From Octopus vulgaris (Eukaryota), in assembly GCA_951406725.2 (NCBI GenBank), contig OX597830.1, forward strand, positions 38,006,001 through 38,070,000: a stretch of DNA of 64,000 nucleotides, written 5' to 3'. Position 1 is the first letter of the stretch; each line of letters opens with the position of its first letter. The notes under the pieces were generated by a model that had not been told where the DNA came from, made no database searches, and worked only from the letters and a program-made list of their open reading frames with translations. Shown in pieces: positions 27,123 to 44,279 of the stretch. A program made the translations under genes and the position numbers.

Positions 27123-29076
27123 CAACACACTCGAGCACACATAGATTCGCACATTCACACACATACGCGCAAACACACAGACAGGAAACATACATATACG
27201 TTGGCGCACAGATACACATTTGCGGACTGCCGTAGTGTTGGCGATTATTTCTCTTACTTTCAGTCGCTGATTGTCGTCCTTGATGGACAATTAGCCTCCT
27301 TCTCATTACCGTTTAGGCGAACACTTGCACCATTAAATCTGAATCATAATTTCCATTAATGTGAAATAGGGTTGGTTTCTTTCATCGCTATACATTCAAT
27401 ATATAAAAAAAAAATTCTTAAGTCATGATAAATGCTAAAAAGAGATTTAAGGTACTATTGCGCTTCAGAGAGATTGAAAGTACAAGACAGAAATAAATAC
27501 AAAACATTGAAGTACGTTTATAAAATGTAACTGAAAAAGTAGCATGCTTTATTAAAGAATCCAAATGTACTGTTGCTAATTAACGAGTAATTATTATATT
27601 TACATTATTCTCCTTAACGTATAATATATCAATTAGTGACCAATATTTCACATTAATAAGGTTTCCTATAAACCAAGTAGAAGAGTCTAATATGATTGAT
27701 TTCATAAAATGATGTCTCATATTTAGATAATTTTCTGGTTTTCATTTCACCTTTCATTAAGTTTCTGACTGAATTCCATTGAAGTCTCCACTGTCCATAT
27801 GCAGCTGTGGCTCGTCGTAGGTGTAAATATGCCATAATGAAGTCCATACTTGATCTAAATCATTCTCTAACCCTGCATTTTAATATTATCGATTTATAGC
27901 TTACTGCAGCATAACGCTAAACCAAACTTCATGTATTATACACATTTGTCATTAAAGTATCATACTCCTTTCTTTAAGGCACACACACACACACGCACAC
28001 ACACACACACACACACACAAATACACAAATACACACACACACAAACACATACACATACATATACACACAGTGATAAAAGGACTGCAAATTTTTTTCGACG
28101 TCAACGTGATGAATTATAAACTAAGATAGTTTTGATTCGAACATAGAAAAGGTACATAGATGGAACCAAATCTGTGCGCTTTTTCCAACAAATTTGCAGT
28201 CACTTCACTTAGAATAGAGTGAAAGCTATGTCATAATGTTGTAATGTGATTCGATCCTGTTTCAGTTGTAGTCATACTACATTTCATTAATCAGAAAAGA
28301 AATCAGTTGCCATCCCTGGGATTTCACAGCAGGATAGCTCCAGGATTCAGTAATGGCATAACCAACTGAAGCAGAAAACATTAATAAAATTCAAAGTACT
28401 GAGTTTCGGGTCAAAAATGGCGGAAGGAAATGCAATGAAATTTTATATCATACAGGGCAGAGGTACCTAATTATGTTTAGAAAGAAAAGTAGTAAGCGAT
28501 GTAGATGGCTGCTGTGGGTTTTGTGTACAAAAAGAACAAAAAGCAATCGTTTCACTGAAACACATTTTTTTAAACATTTACCCGCTGTTCAGTGCTTCTA
28601 CAGCATCGCTAATTACCATCTGAATCTTTTATATCACCTTAAGCAATTTATATAATGCTCTCTACACAATCACTGAAGCACGACTATATACGGGTGAGTA
28701 TGTATGTATGAAAGCGCTTATGTATACAAGTGGATGTACGTTCGAGTAAGAATCGACATACAGAAATTCAGACAAACAGACGGACAGAAAACGTACTTAG
28801 TGTAAATTCTAATGTATTATTGCTTTGAACGAAGCTGGCAGCAAGCAATTCCGGACGTTTTCTACTGTAAGTTTCTTGCTCGTGTGCGTGGCTCAGGCAA
28901 AATATGAGAGAAACCAAAATGGATCCTTAGATATCTCAAATACCGTGAACCATCACGAGTACAAACGAACTCAATGCTCTAATCACGCACGTGCACATAC
29001 ACCTGCATACGCATACGCGTGCACACACATACACGTGGACACACATAAACGTGCACACACACACACATGTAATATT

Positions 29077-29239
<163 letters not shown>

Positions 29240-30513
29240 TGCTGCCGTGGTAGGGCACCACCTTCAATGTTTAGACGAATGAATGCACGCCAGAACTTAT
29301 TTTTTAAACCTGGTAATCATTCTATCGGTCTCTAAGTTACAGAGACGCAAACAGACGAACGATGGTTGTCAAGCACTGGTTCGCCGACACACAGAGACCC
29401 AAAGACACACTCACTTAGATATACACATATGCACACACACACATACACACGCATATGTAAAAATACGACGGGCTACTTTTAGTTTCCGTGTGCCAAATCC
29501 ACTCACGAGGTTTCAGTTGGCCCCATACTATAATAAAAAAAACTACTCAAGGTGCCAAGAGGTGGGAGTGAACCTGGGGCTATGGTATTGGCAAGCAAGC
29601 TTCTTCCCATACACCCATCCCACACATGTATATATATATATATATATATATATATGCGTTTGTGTGTGTCTGTATGTAGTTACAAGTATACATATATACA
29701 CAAATACAAACGCATATGCATATTCAGACATAACTAAGGCGATAGGCGTCGTGAGACCTGACTCATCATCATAAAACAATACCATCATGAGAGATAGCCA
29801 GACTACTGTGGAGAATGCAGGCAACTGGATATGTTAAAAAAGAGATAATGAACAATGACTAGAATGACATTGAGCGGGACCTAGTAACCAGTTGATGTAG
29901 CAAGCGAAGCCACATTTCAGTGAGGAGACCGGTGCGGCTGATACTGCCAAAAGAAAGGCCCCGAAACCGTGCGCATTCTCTCTAAGTGATCTCATAAGTT
30001 TTCTAGCACCCCGTATACAAGGCTTGCAATCTTCTTGCAAGCTGCTTGCAAAAAACCTGTCTGTCTGTTTGTCTCTCTCTCTCCTTCTGTATATATATGT
30101 GTGTGTGTTTGTGTGTCTGTGTGTGTCTGCGTGTGCGTGTGTGCGTGTGCGAGTGTGCGTGTGTTTATACAGGCTTGAACATAGACATTTTATGCTTATG
30201 GGCATAAAAAGGAATAGCTTAACTATTTAAATATTCTCAGTAGTTTTTTCATGTTTTTGATGGCTGGTAAATCATATTAAACACTATTCCCTAGTTGAAT
30301 GTGAATGCAGTACTTCCGCTTCCTAGATATTTAAAAACGGTTAGCAAAATTGTAAATGAAAAAATCGTACGAAGAAAAATGACTTTTCGCATTTGTATAT
30401 ATTTATGTATATGTATATATATTTGTGCGTGTGTGTATGTATGTATGCATGCAAGCACACACACTCAAGTACGCACACAACCACACCCCCACACACACAT
30501 ATGTGCATATACG

Positions 30514-30569
<56 letters not shown>

Positions 30570-31749
30570 TATAAACACACACACATATATACGGCGGTTG
30601 TCTACTCCTTATGCCGATACTGACCACCTCTTGTACTAAGACCTTAGATTCATTATGGCTTCATATGTGGCTTTTAAAAACAGATAATGTTTTGAAAAAT
30701 CACCCGCATAGATTGCATATCGGATTTGGACCATCGACAGCTGCATTTACGTTCTGATCTCTGTGGATCATATTTGCAGGCCTCATGATATAGATGACTA
30801 ACAGACAACAACAAAAGTTCAAGGTCCAAGGGACGATCTCACTTAATGTTATTAGGTTTGTATACAATCCGAATGTACGTACATATGTTTGTGCGTGCAA
30901 GCATAAATGTCTCTAAGTGATAAGTTATAACGCCCCTACTAGGCGCTTGACTGTATTTTCGTTAGCTGAAAATGTTATATTATAAATATTGATGAACAAA
31001 GATGCAATATTAAAAGAAAAGGCATTCTCTTAGTAGAAAATAGGAAACATTGCTAAAGTTTTATACTACTAAAATTGAATGAATTAATGTAAAAAACTGG
31101 ATTAATATTTATATATCAGAATGGCTATTCCAAATTTCGTGTATTTGAAATTAAGGTGTCGGTATATGTTTTAGTGGGGTACATAAAGAAAGACAGAAGA
31201 GCGACTAGAGTGCGCCCACATCTCTCCTTATGCCGTATCTCTACCCCGATACTATTCAAAGACCTGGATGAAATTGAGATTTAGGTTGAAAAAACTTTCC
31301 TTCTGTCCATGCTTAACGGATCAATTAAAGAACCCAGTAATTAGAAGCTATATTTGTAAAAGGACAATGCAAAGGTTCCATCATACATCTGTTCTCCAGT
31401 TGGCAATGTAAATTAAAATAGCATACGATCAAGTCAACAACATATTGACCAAAATCTGTAAGGTACTCGGGTTGTATCGATCGAAAGGTTTTCAGTTGCT
31501 TCCTTGATATAAATTTGGACGTAAATATCCAAAGCATTACAAAGGTGTACTGCAGATAGTGATAATACATCACTGACAGAATCATAACGGTTGCGTATTA
31601 ACGCCGTCTTATATACCTTGCAGGGTTTAGTTCAGCTCTCCACTTAAGAAAAACAAGCTGTTCTTCAAAATGATTTGAGTGGATAATTCACCTTACGATT
31701 CCTCTCAAATGACGCAAAATCCAATACCCGACACGCAGGTACCGCTAGG

Positions 31750-32381
<632 letters not shown>

Positions 32382-32387
<6 letters not shown>

Positions 32388-32447
32388 GGTGCCCCAGCAT
32401 GGCCACAGCTCATTAGCTGAAACTGGAAAAATCAAAAAATCAAAATC

Positions 32448-32513
<66 letters not shown>

Positions 32514-32861
32514 GTATATATACAGCTGCGTGGTGCCTAGGACTCCAAACCTGCCATCAAGATGTAGGACAAGATTCTGTGATAGCCTGGGCTTCCGAGG
32601 CCCATAGCTCTTCAATATCCTCCCGAAGAACCTGGCATGGGGTGGATACAGATGTCTTTAAAATGAAGCTGGATCTCTTCCTGTCAGGTGTCCCAGATGA
32701 ACCAACTTCACGGCAGGAGGGGCAGATGAGGGCAGCTGCATCGAACTCTCTCATGCACCAAATAGCAGTTGCTAGAAAGCCTCCATGAAGTGAAACCAAG
32801 TAGCAACACCAAATGGCGGTGCCCCAGCATGGCCACAGCTCATAAGCTGAAACTAGAATCA

Positions 32862-32862
<1 letters not shown>
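32382..32862 (+). mobile_element. Two 5'-truncated 3' ends of a CR1/L2-group LINE inside (TA)n
   Basis: 32523-32862 reads [32 protein letters not shown] (typical LINE ORF2 end) plus 3' UTR. The last ~48 bp (atggcggtgccccagcatggccacagctca..gctgaaact) also occur alone at 32382-32430. Confidence 0.75.
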
Positions 32863-32897
<35 letters not shown>

Positions 32898-35449
32898 CTT
32901 ATGTATATATATGTGTGTGTGTATACAAACAGGGAAAAGGAAAATGACATGTATACATATTTATATTTAAATATGTGTGTGTACGTGCGTTCCTACCTAA
33001 TATGTGCACAGACACACACTCACATATACATATGTTCATATATATATATATATAGATATATGTAGATATCTGTGCGGCCATTTCCATTTATATATGAACC
33101 ACTTTTAGCAGACACTAGATTTAACACATTGGTGAACGTCGCAATGATCTATTTGATGTCTACAACAAAACAATACAGTGCCTTAGCAAGGCTCTGCACA
33201 TGATACATGAAACACACACACACACATACACACGTGCACACGCGAGCGCGTGCACACATAAAGACACGGACAAAGACAGGCACATACATATGTATAGGTA
33301 GATTCAAGATACCAAGGAAGACTTAGAAACACTCTGTTAAAGTCACTGAAAACTTTATAAATAAGTGTTGTTATGTTTTGTATTTTACTTGTTTCCCTCA
33401 TTAGACTGTGGCCATGTGGAAACTCAGTGTTGAAGAAATTTAACGGAACTAATCGACCTCTGTGCATTCTTAAGCCCGATATTTATTCTCTCGGTTTCAT
33501 TTCTTTATTTATGCGGACCTAAACATGCGAACTACTTTTGTCAAATGGTGACCCTTGGCCAATCAAGGTGCAAGCGTTTGTGTATTTTACTACCACTTGA
33601 AACTTTACCGCAACTCGTCCGCTGAATCGGCCTGACAGTGACTCTTCTGAGAAAGAAGCAAAAGTAAAGCGGCGATTACAGAACCACAAGAACTACTCGC
33701 AGCACACGATTGTCCTTTTCTTCATTGAACTCGAAATGACGAAAGACAATGTTGTCTTCGGAGCGATTTGTACTCAGAGTACAGATAACAGATATCACAT
33801 ATGAATTTATTTTAACAATCCTAGCAATTCACTAGTCTTCGTCGGTTCAGGTATAATATAAAGAGGATATAATGGTGCAAGCTGCAGCATTAAATCTAGC
33901 CTTCAGCAATCTTTAACCGTCTTCGTGTTGAAACTTGAAATCATTTATTATGACGTTCACTAGAAACATTGAAAAGTTCCTCTATCTTCACTTTATTCGT
34001 CTCATTCAGTACTCTTCGTGATTCTATGTTCACAAAGAAACACCAGTTCATTTCCTCTCAACAGAACCTCCATGTGCCTCATGCTACAATCTTTCAGTGT
34101 ATTGTTTTCTATTCTATCGACTGTTTCAAATATCCTTTTTTTTTGTTCTTTCACAATTCATTACAATCAAATATCTTGTCCGTAAGAAAACTATTATAAA
34201 CAATATAATCTATCATAATGTTTCAGAGTCGTCTTGTCTTTCTTTGTTGCTTTATTACATTGATTTCATTAATGCATCTGTCCCTCCCAAGTAAATGTTT
34301 AATACAGTGAGGATAAGCAAATGGAGAGTTAGTATTTTTTCCTACCGGTTACAGTAGTGACGTTGACTACATTTCGTTGATGAAATCAGATAAGCTCGAA
34401 ACATAAGGACACCCATCACCATATGGCTAAAGCTAACACGCTCTTTCCAGCTGCACTTCATATGTAATTAAGTTCGAAATTTCAAATAATTACAATTTTG
34501 GCATTATCCGTACACTTTTCTGTCCAGTATTAGGACATTAAAAACCATTCTTCTTATCACTAATGCTATTTTAATTGAAAATTACTTCACTTTCAACGTG
34601 AAGTCTTCTAGTTCATCCTCTAATATTAAATAAGCATCGATTTAGGAATCAGTTAACTAAGAAATAATTATCTGATTAGAAAATTAGTTCAGGCTAGTTT
34701 GATGGCAGAAGCTATACAACCAAATCTAATTTTACATCACATTACAAATAAATCACAATGTTGAAGCCCCACAAATTTTAATGTCGTTTACGATTTAGGT
34801 TGTTTTTCTTTTTTGTCCATACTGGCTGCTTGAGCCCATGGCTGTTGTGACAATTATATCATTGACAAAAGATAAGCGCAACGTTGTCGAATATTTCAAT
34901 TAAGATCCTGCCACTGCTATTTCTATTGGATAAAATGCGTTGGTAAAAATCACTGCGTGGTAAATTAAGTTCTTTTTCTGATTAAATATTTTCTCTAAAA
35001 TCAGGTAACACTTGGTTTCAGATTTCAATGCAAATGGCTGTCTACCCGTACCAAGTATGAACACTTGGAGCATATTTTTGAAATTTTACTTACAGACATA
35101 GCCCATTGTTGAAGGGCTTCCTATAGAAGATTGTCATAATTTCAGGCTCTGTACTTCCTGTTGGAAAACCTGGTTGACCGACAAACAACATGCGTGGCAA
35201 TATTGTGATGTGTCCCTTTTTGTACTGAATTCAGAATCTAATGATGTTGTTAGTTGAACGTTCATCCTTCTGAATTCTTTAAAATTACTCGTGATCATAT
35301 ACTGAAATCGATTTAACACATAAGATTTTACTCCAAATTACACCTGAATATGGTGTAATTTCAGACTATGATGTATCAATATTCAATTCATTTTAGTTAG
35401 ATACTAATCAATTACTTACTAATCGATTACTTTTTGTGACTTTCTTATT

Positions 35450-36600
35450 GAATTCCACGTCAGGCTTCATGCAGCAGACCTACACTCAAAAGCCTTCCAA
35501 GCTAAAAGCACCATCGTTTTCTTGGCTATTTTGTAAGGTGTTACCTTTATGAAAACAATAACGTTTGCGAGGTGATTCAGCGAATATATCTAACATATTG
35601 AGTGAACTAAACATTGTATTTCTTTTTAAAGAGCAACTCCAAGGTTATTCGGGCGCAGAAGATCTATTATCACGTGTTCTAAAACTGACGTCGTGAACTT
35701 TCTTGAAAACAAAGTGCATTCATACACTATATTACCCAATAATATTCTATTCATACGTTGCAAAATACTAAGTAAATTTGTTTGGGAATTATTCGTATAT
35801 ATAGCTGTTATCTCGCTTTATCAGATTAGACATTGTACGAGGGAGCTTCATATAAATAACAGTAACAAGGACCTTGCGATTGAAGGTCTAAATTTGGGTT
35901 TTTATATGTTAATGCCATTTGTATAGTTATACCAAAGGGCTGAAAAATAGAAATCGTTATTAAAAGAAGAAAAAATTGTAATTAGACATGGAAGGTCAAA
36001 AGTATACTCGTTGGTCATGAGCCTAAGTTTAGTACATTTAAATCGACAATACTATAACGATGTTACAATACCTTGTGCTATAATATCAAATAGCAAATTT
36101 GAATGGTTTTACAAGAAAAGTGAACCCGGTTGTATAAGAACTTGTTTTATCTGGAGAAAAGCAATATAATGCTGCTAAAGTGATATTAAGATTATAATAT
36201 TATTATTGCGCTAGAATTTGTATTATTTTCTGGCGAAAATTAAAGGTAATATCGATCTGTTATAACTTTGACAATATTAATGAATCAATTTAAAAATTCG
36301 TCTGATTTTGGTTTAAATAATTTTTGAAAAGAGATCTTCCCATGGTATTGACATACGGGAATAAGAAATAAGGATGTGTCTCCTTGATTGATAGAGTCTC
36401 CCAACGGACCGTTTACTAGTTTATTAACTGTTCCTCTGAGAGGAAATAATTGGCTTCTTTCTCCGATCATTAGCTACATAATGAAAACATTTTTAAAAGT
36501 AACAGTCTGATATTGGTCTTAACTTGCTTATTTTTGCTTTTCACATCTCGTTATTAATTACTGAAATTCTATCTCAGTCAAAACAGGTTAAATTAGGATA

Positions 36601-36651
<51 letters not shown>

Positions 36652-37960
36652 ATGAGATGCATGTTGGGTTAGATAAGGGGGAAAACACAATTTCTATGCA
36701 GTTGATGAGGGGAAAATGGACAGAGGAAATCTCGCACACACTTTGTTCCAGACATAAATGTCACAAAATAAATTTGTCTGCATACTCATTTAATTTAAAG
36801 TGAGTTTTTCTAATCTGTAAAGTGCCGGTTTGCGTTGTGCTAAGCATAGGAAATGTTTTATGTATTAAGTAAACATACATAAAGAAAATTTTACTTTTTT
36901 CGTATTAAGAATGCTGATTTATATTTACAAAGATGAAATGCTAATGGCGATGATAAACGAGGTTATAATAAGGTGTCTTTGGGAATACAGAAATATAAAA
37001 GCATACGCATGCACACAAACACACACAAACGCACATATACACACACATACACACAAACACACACGAATACACACGCGCACACATATACACAGACACACAG
37101 ACACACATGCAAAGACACAGAAACACATAAACAGACACAGAAACACACACACAGCCACACGCGCGCGCTCACACAGTCACACACACGAGCATATATGCAG
37201 ACATCGAAGCACACATACGCACATATATATAAACATATGTACTTCATTAAGTTTTATATCTTTGATATCTGTAATCAGACCTCATTGATTATATATGCAT
37301 ATATACTTAGAATAAGCTTATTTATATTAACAAGAAAATTCACTACTTAAAAAACGGTATTCTATAATTGGCTTGTAGAGTTAGATATATTACTACATTT
37401 ATACTGTAATTCACAAGAGAATAAATATATTTCGGTCATTTTCGTTTCCACAGAGGTAGTGATTGAACATGCATGGTTTGATTAAATAGCTCTGAAATTG
37501 AAGGGTAAAAATTAATAAAGATGTAAATAAGTGGTCCGAAAGGATTATTACAGTGTATGCTGGTCGAAATAGCTCAGCTTATAATGATGAACATTTCCTG
37601 TTTAAATGAATACTAAATGGCTAATATGTTTTCAGAAATTTAAAGAAGTGATATAGTCTGATGACTGCTTCGCATGTAAGTAATCTAGTGATATACACAA
37701 AGCTCAAAGAAAAAGAAAATAAAACAGAAATGCTGAAAAAAAAATATTTTGTAAACCATTATTGGAAAAAATACTTCTTTGAAATATTGGGAAAAAATAT
37801 ATTCAAAAAAGATGATGAGCAAAAATTCAACATGTTATTTAAACGCTATTAATATAAAGTTTTTTTGGAAAATCAGTGAACGTCTAGTAAAAAGCTATGC
37901 AAAGGTGAGGAAATTATTATATATAATTATTCTTAATGTCCCAGAAGTCTGTCTGTTTTG
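35450..37960 (+). pseudogene. Decayed polycystin-1-like block D (REJ domain into GAIN-A)
   Basis: ORF 35693-35926 IRCKILSKFVWELF..LAIEGLNLGFYML (cf. DCVTYQTEYRWEVY..LPVGHYCF); then IVIRHGRSKVYS..SKFEWFYKKSEPGC (cf. IIEGGSYRVWS..SFHWAC); later VDEGKMDRG..KFVC. Confidence 0.62.
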
Positions 37961-38221
37961 CTGGTATGTTTCTACGAGAAAGGTAATAATTCGAGTGGAT
38001 ATACATACATACACACACACACATATATAAATATACATATATATATATATATATATATACATATATACATATATAATATATACATATATACATCACATAT
38101 ATATATACATATATATACATAAATATATATATATATACATATATATACATAAATATATATATACATATATATACATAAATATATATATATATATTTATGT
38201 ATATATATGTAAATATATATT

Positions 38222-38261
<40 letters not shown>

Positions 38262-38267
38262 AATATA

Positions 38268-38319
<52 letters not shown>

Positions 38320-38586
38320 AATATATATATATATATACATATAAAATTAATTAAGGTAGAAATTGATATTTATCAATTAAGACCAGTGGTCTAGCATATT
38401 AAAAGAATCCGAAGATTAAAATATTTATATATACCAATTAAGGACTGAACACGAAAAGTGGACAGTCAACATGCTAGATATAGACGTCAAATCGTCATTC
38501 TCCACAAAAGATTATGTTCTCAGATCAAACTCAACACAAAACCATAGCAATAAACAAGTGAAAAATATACGAAATAAAATAATTAC

Positions 38587-38651
38587 CCATGTACTAACTT
38601 AGTTTCAGCTGTTATTTTCCGCAAGGAAAACTGCAGCCATCATCAGCATGG
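38587..38651 (-). ncRNA. Type I hammerhead ribozyme, unit 1
   Basis: ccatg CTGATGA t ggctg cag ttttcc ttgc ggaaaa taa cagct GAAA ctaa g ttag TA catgg. 5-bp stem I, stem II, near-palindromic stem III (ACTAA-G-TTAGT), GUA triplet. Confidence 0.85.
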
Positions 38652-39091
38652 TCCGTTATAAATGTAATTTGCTGGACTAAATGCAAACACGATACCGAAA
38701 TATCGCGTGCATGGAGTTCAGCCTATTATATTTGAATATATCTTTCAAATGCCTTTACTTTGGCGCGTTGAGACCCGAGAAAACTAGCCTGCAGCTAATA
38801 ATTAGCAGCAGTTAATTTATCGGTTAGAGAACATTTATTTATATAAAATTAATTAAGGGTAGAAATTGATATTTATCAATTAAGACCAGTGGTCTAGCAT
38901 ATTAAAAAAGAATCCGAAGATTAAAATATTTATATATACCAATTAAGGACTGAACACGAAAAGTGGACAGTCAACATGCTAGATATAGACGTCAAATCGT
39001 CATTCTCCACAAAAGATTATGTTCTCAGATCAAACTCAACACAAAACCATAGCAATAAACAAGTGAAAAATATACGAAATAAAATAATTAC

Positions 39092-39156
39092 CCATGTACT
39101 AACTTAGTTTCAGCTGTTATTTTCCGCAACGAAAACTGCAGCCATCATCAGCATGG
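39092..39156 (-). ncRNA. Type I hammerhead ribozyme, unit 2
   Basis: Same as unit 1 with one substitution in distal stem II. Confidence 0.85.
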
Positions 39157-39596
39157 TCCGTTATAAATGTAATTTGCTGGACTAAATGCAAACACGATAC
39201 CGAAATATCGCGTGCATGTAGTTCAGCCTATTATATTTGAATATATCTTTCAAATGCCTTTACTTTGGCGCGTTGAGACCCGAGAAAACTAGCCTGCAGC
39301 TAATAATTAGCAGCAGTTAATTTATCGGTTAGAGAACATTTATTTATATAAAATTAATTAAGGGTAGAAATTGATATTTATCAATTAAGACCAGTGGTCT
39401 AGCATATTAAAAAAGAATCCGAAGATTAAAATATTTATATATACCAATTAAGGACTGAACACGAAAAGTGGACAGTCAACATGCTAGATATAGACGTCAA
39501 ATCGTCATTCTCCACAAAAGATTATGTTCTCAGATCAAACTCAACACAAAACCATAGCAATAAACAAGTGAAAAATATACGAAATAAAATAATTAC

Positions 39597-39660
39597 CCAT
39601 GTACTAACTTAGTTTCAGCTTTATTTTCCGCAACGAAAACTGCAGCCATCATCAGCATGG
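39597..39660 (-). ncRNA. Type I hammerhead ribozyme, unit 3
   Basis: Same as unit 2 with a 1-nt deletion in stem II; core intact. Confidence 0.8.
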
Positions 39661-40265
39661 TCCGTTATAAATGTAATTTGCTGGACTAAATGCAAACACG
39701 ATACCGAAATATCGCGTGCATGTAGTTCAGCCTATTATATTTGAATATATCTTCAAATGCCTTTACTTTGGCGTTGAGACCCGAGAAAACTAGCCTGCAG
39801 CTAATAATTAGCAGCAGTTAATTTATCGGTTAGAGAACATTTATTTATATAAAATTAATTAAGGGTAGAAATTGATATTTATCAATTAAGACCAGTGGTC
39901 TAGCATATTAAAAAAGAATCCGAAGATTAAAATATTTATATATACCAATTAAGGACTGAACACGAAAAGTGGACAGTCAACATGCTAGATAACAGCTGAA
40001 ACTAAGTTAGTACATGGGTAATTATTTTATTTCGTATATTTTTCACTTGTTTATTGCTATGGTTTTGTGTTGAGTTTGATCTGAGAACATAATCTTTTGT
40101 GGAGAATGACGATTTGACGTCTATATCTAGCATGTTGACTGTCCACTTTTCGTCTTCAGTCCTTAATTGGTATATATATATACATAAATATATATATATA
40201 TATATATATATACATAAATACATATATATATATATATATATACATAAGTATATATATATATATAT

Positions 40266-40324
<59 letters not shown>

Positions 40325-40721
40325 AATATATATATATATATAGGGAATCCGTAAAAAAAAAGACGTGAGAATGAGAGACAGAAAGAGAAGGTGAGGGTCT
40401 ACATGATCTTTATCTCCTTTAATAACAATGACCGTAAAGCTTTTACTTATTTGTATACACAGAATCACATCGGACGCAGAGGAGGAGAGAAAATAGTAAT
40501 TCAGTGAAGGAGAAGTAATGAGTGTAATAGCTCTAATTGAGAAGGAGTGAGAGAGAATGTAATAGTCAAGAGAGGAAGGGGTGATGGATGAATAAGGAAG
40601 GAAGACGGAAAAAACAAATCCACGTTTCAAACTGTGTGAGTATATGTATATATGTGTGTGGGTGTACAAGGGAAATATGTGAATGTTTGTATGTGTGATT
40701 ATTAGGTACCTTATTTTCTAC

Positions 40722-41040
40722 CTTATTACCTCGAAGGTGGAGTCATTGTTTTCAGTTGTGTTTCTTTGTTTATTTGTTTGTCCGTATACAAGATATCTCA
40801 AGAATCGCTGCGTGGATTCAGATGGAACTTTTAGGGATGTTTGGCCTCGTGACTGGTACGAACTGATTAGATTTGGGGGTTGTTCCGGTACCGAGCAAGG
40901 ATTCTGGTTTAATTTTCCGTTTTTTTTATACTTAATTTTTGAGAGTGGTTGGGTTCATTTTTAGTATACCCGTTTTTGAGAGCAATCGAGTTTATTTATA
41001 TATAAAATACTGTAATTTGCCGTCATTATTGACGGCAGGT
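40722..41040 (+). mobile_element. Non-autonomous Helentron/DINE-like (HINE) element, degenerate
   Basis: Starts ttattacctcgaaggtggagtcattgttttc, followed by gtttgtccg-type simple repeat and atatctcaaga..ggatt..atggaactt, the layout of DINE-1/HINE elements. Confidence 0.5.
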
Positions 41041-41322
41041 AATCAGCTAGTTTAACATAAGGCGACAATACAAGAGGATCTATAAATTTATGCATTGAAA
41101 GATACATTGTTAGATAATTAAAGTGAAATGATAAAACTTCCATCATCAAAAAGACTGTGGCCATGCTGCAGTATCGCGATTATTCATTTCTTTTGTTATC
41201 AGGTGTAAATGCTTATCAATATTATGAGATTAGTACATATTTCGCCTGAAGGGAAAGTAGATATGATGGTTAGTTAGACAGAGAGATAAACAGAAGACAT
41301 ACAGACAGATGAATAGAGAGAC

Positions 41323-41385
<63 letters not shown>

Positions 41386-41393
41386 AAATTAGA

Positions 41394-41523
<130 letters not shown>

Positions 41524-41579
41524 CGTAGATGCAGATACAGTGATTTGTTAAGAGACATGCAAGGAAATACGTTTTATAC

Positions 41580-44230
<2,651 letters not shown>

Positions 44231-44279
44231 TTTTATTTAGGTGGTAGAATATACCATAGAAAGCCTGTAACAATATGAC

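Larger units (their letters stand above)
20515..27400 (+). pseudogene. Decayed polycystin-1-like N-terminal block B (WSC-like domain plus PKD repeats)
   Basis: WSC-like TCFL..ETVTTCTDL/CSSLKQALACLHSFSLHSCGYKL..MLCG (~20515-20730). PKD motifs: (D)YGDGN (~21504), LYLPG, IPVHESIGSF, DLGKYHVSLNA (~23878), LNAGLFACNTEVNLLW..MTLNATNKL (24797-24972), VNYTM..VTNIYQS (~26068-26146), SVGDYF (~27235). Interrupted by SINEs, a mariner and microsatellites. Confidence 0.62.
38341..40178 (-). mobile_element. Tandem ~503-bp hammerhead-containing repeat (3 full units + partial + terminal inverted partial); Penelope pLTR/retrozyme-like
   Basis: Near-identical units start at 38341, 38843, 39348 and 39849. The fourth breaks at 39990 and flips into an inverted copy (39991-40178). 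Flanked by (TA)n on both sides; no ORF. Confidence 0.88.

Noticed and set aside
30700-30807. Intact AG..GT exon encoding HLYHEACKYDPQRSERKCSCRW
   Set aside because: A different frame gives the TM1-like segment in the expected position between GPS and PLAT; no other evidence for a live spliced gene.
38341-39990. CRISPR array or simple satellite
   Set aside because: Eukaryotic context, ~503-bp units with no unique spacers; better explained as a hammerhead-bearing retroelement tandem.
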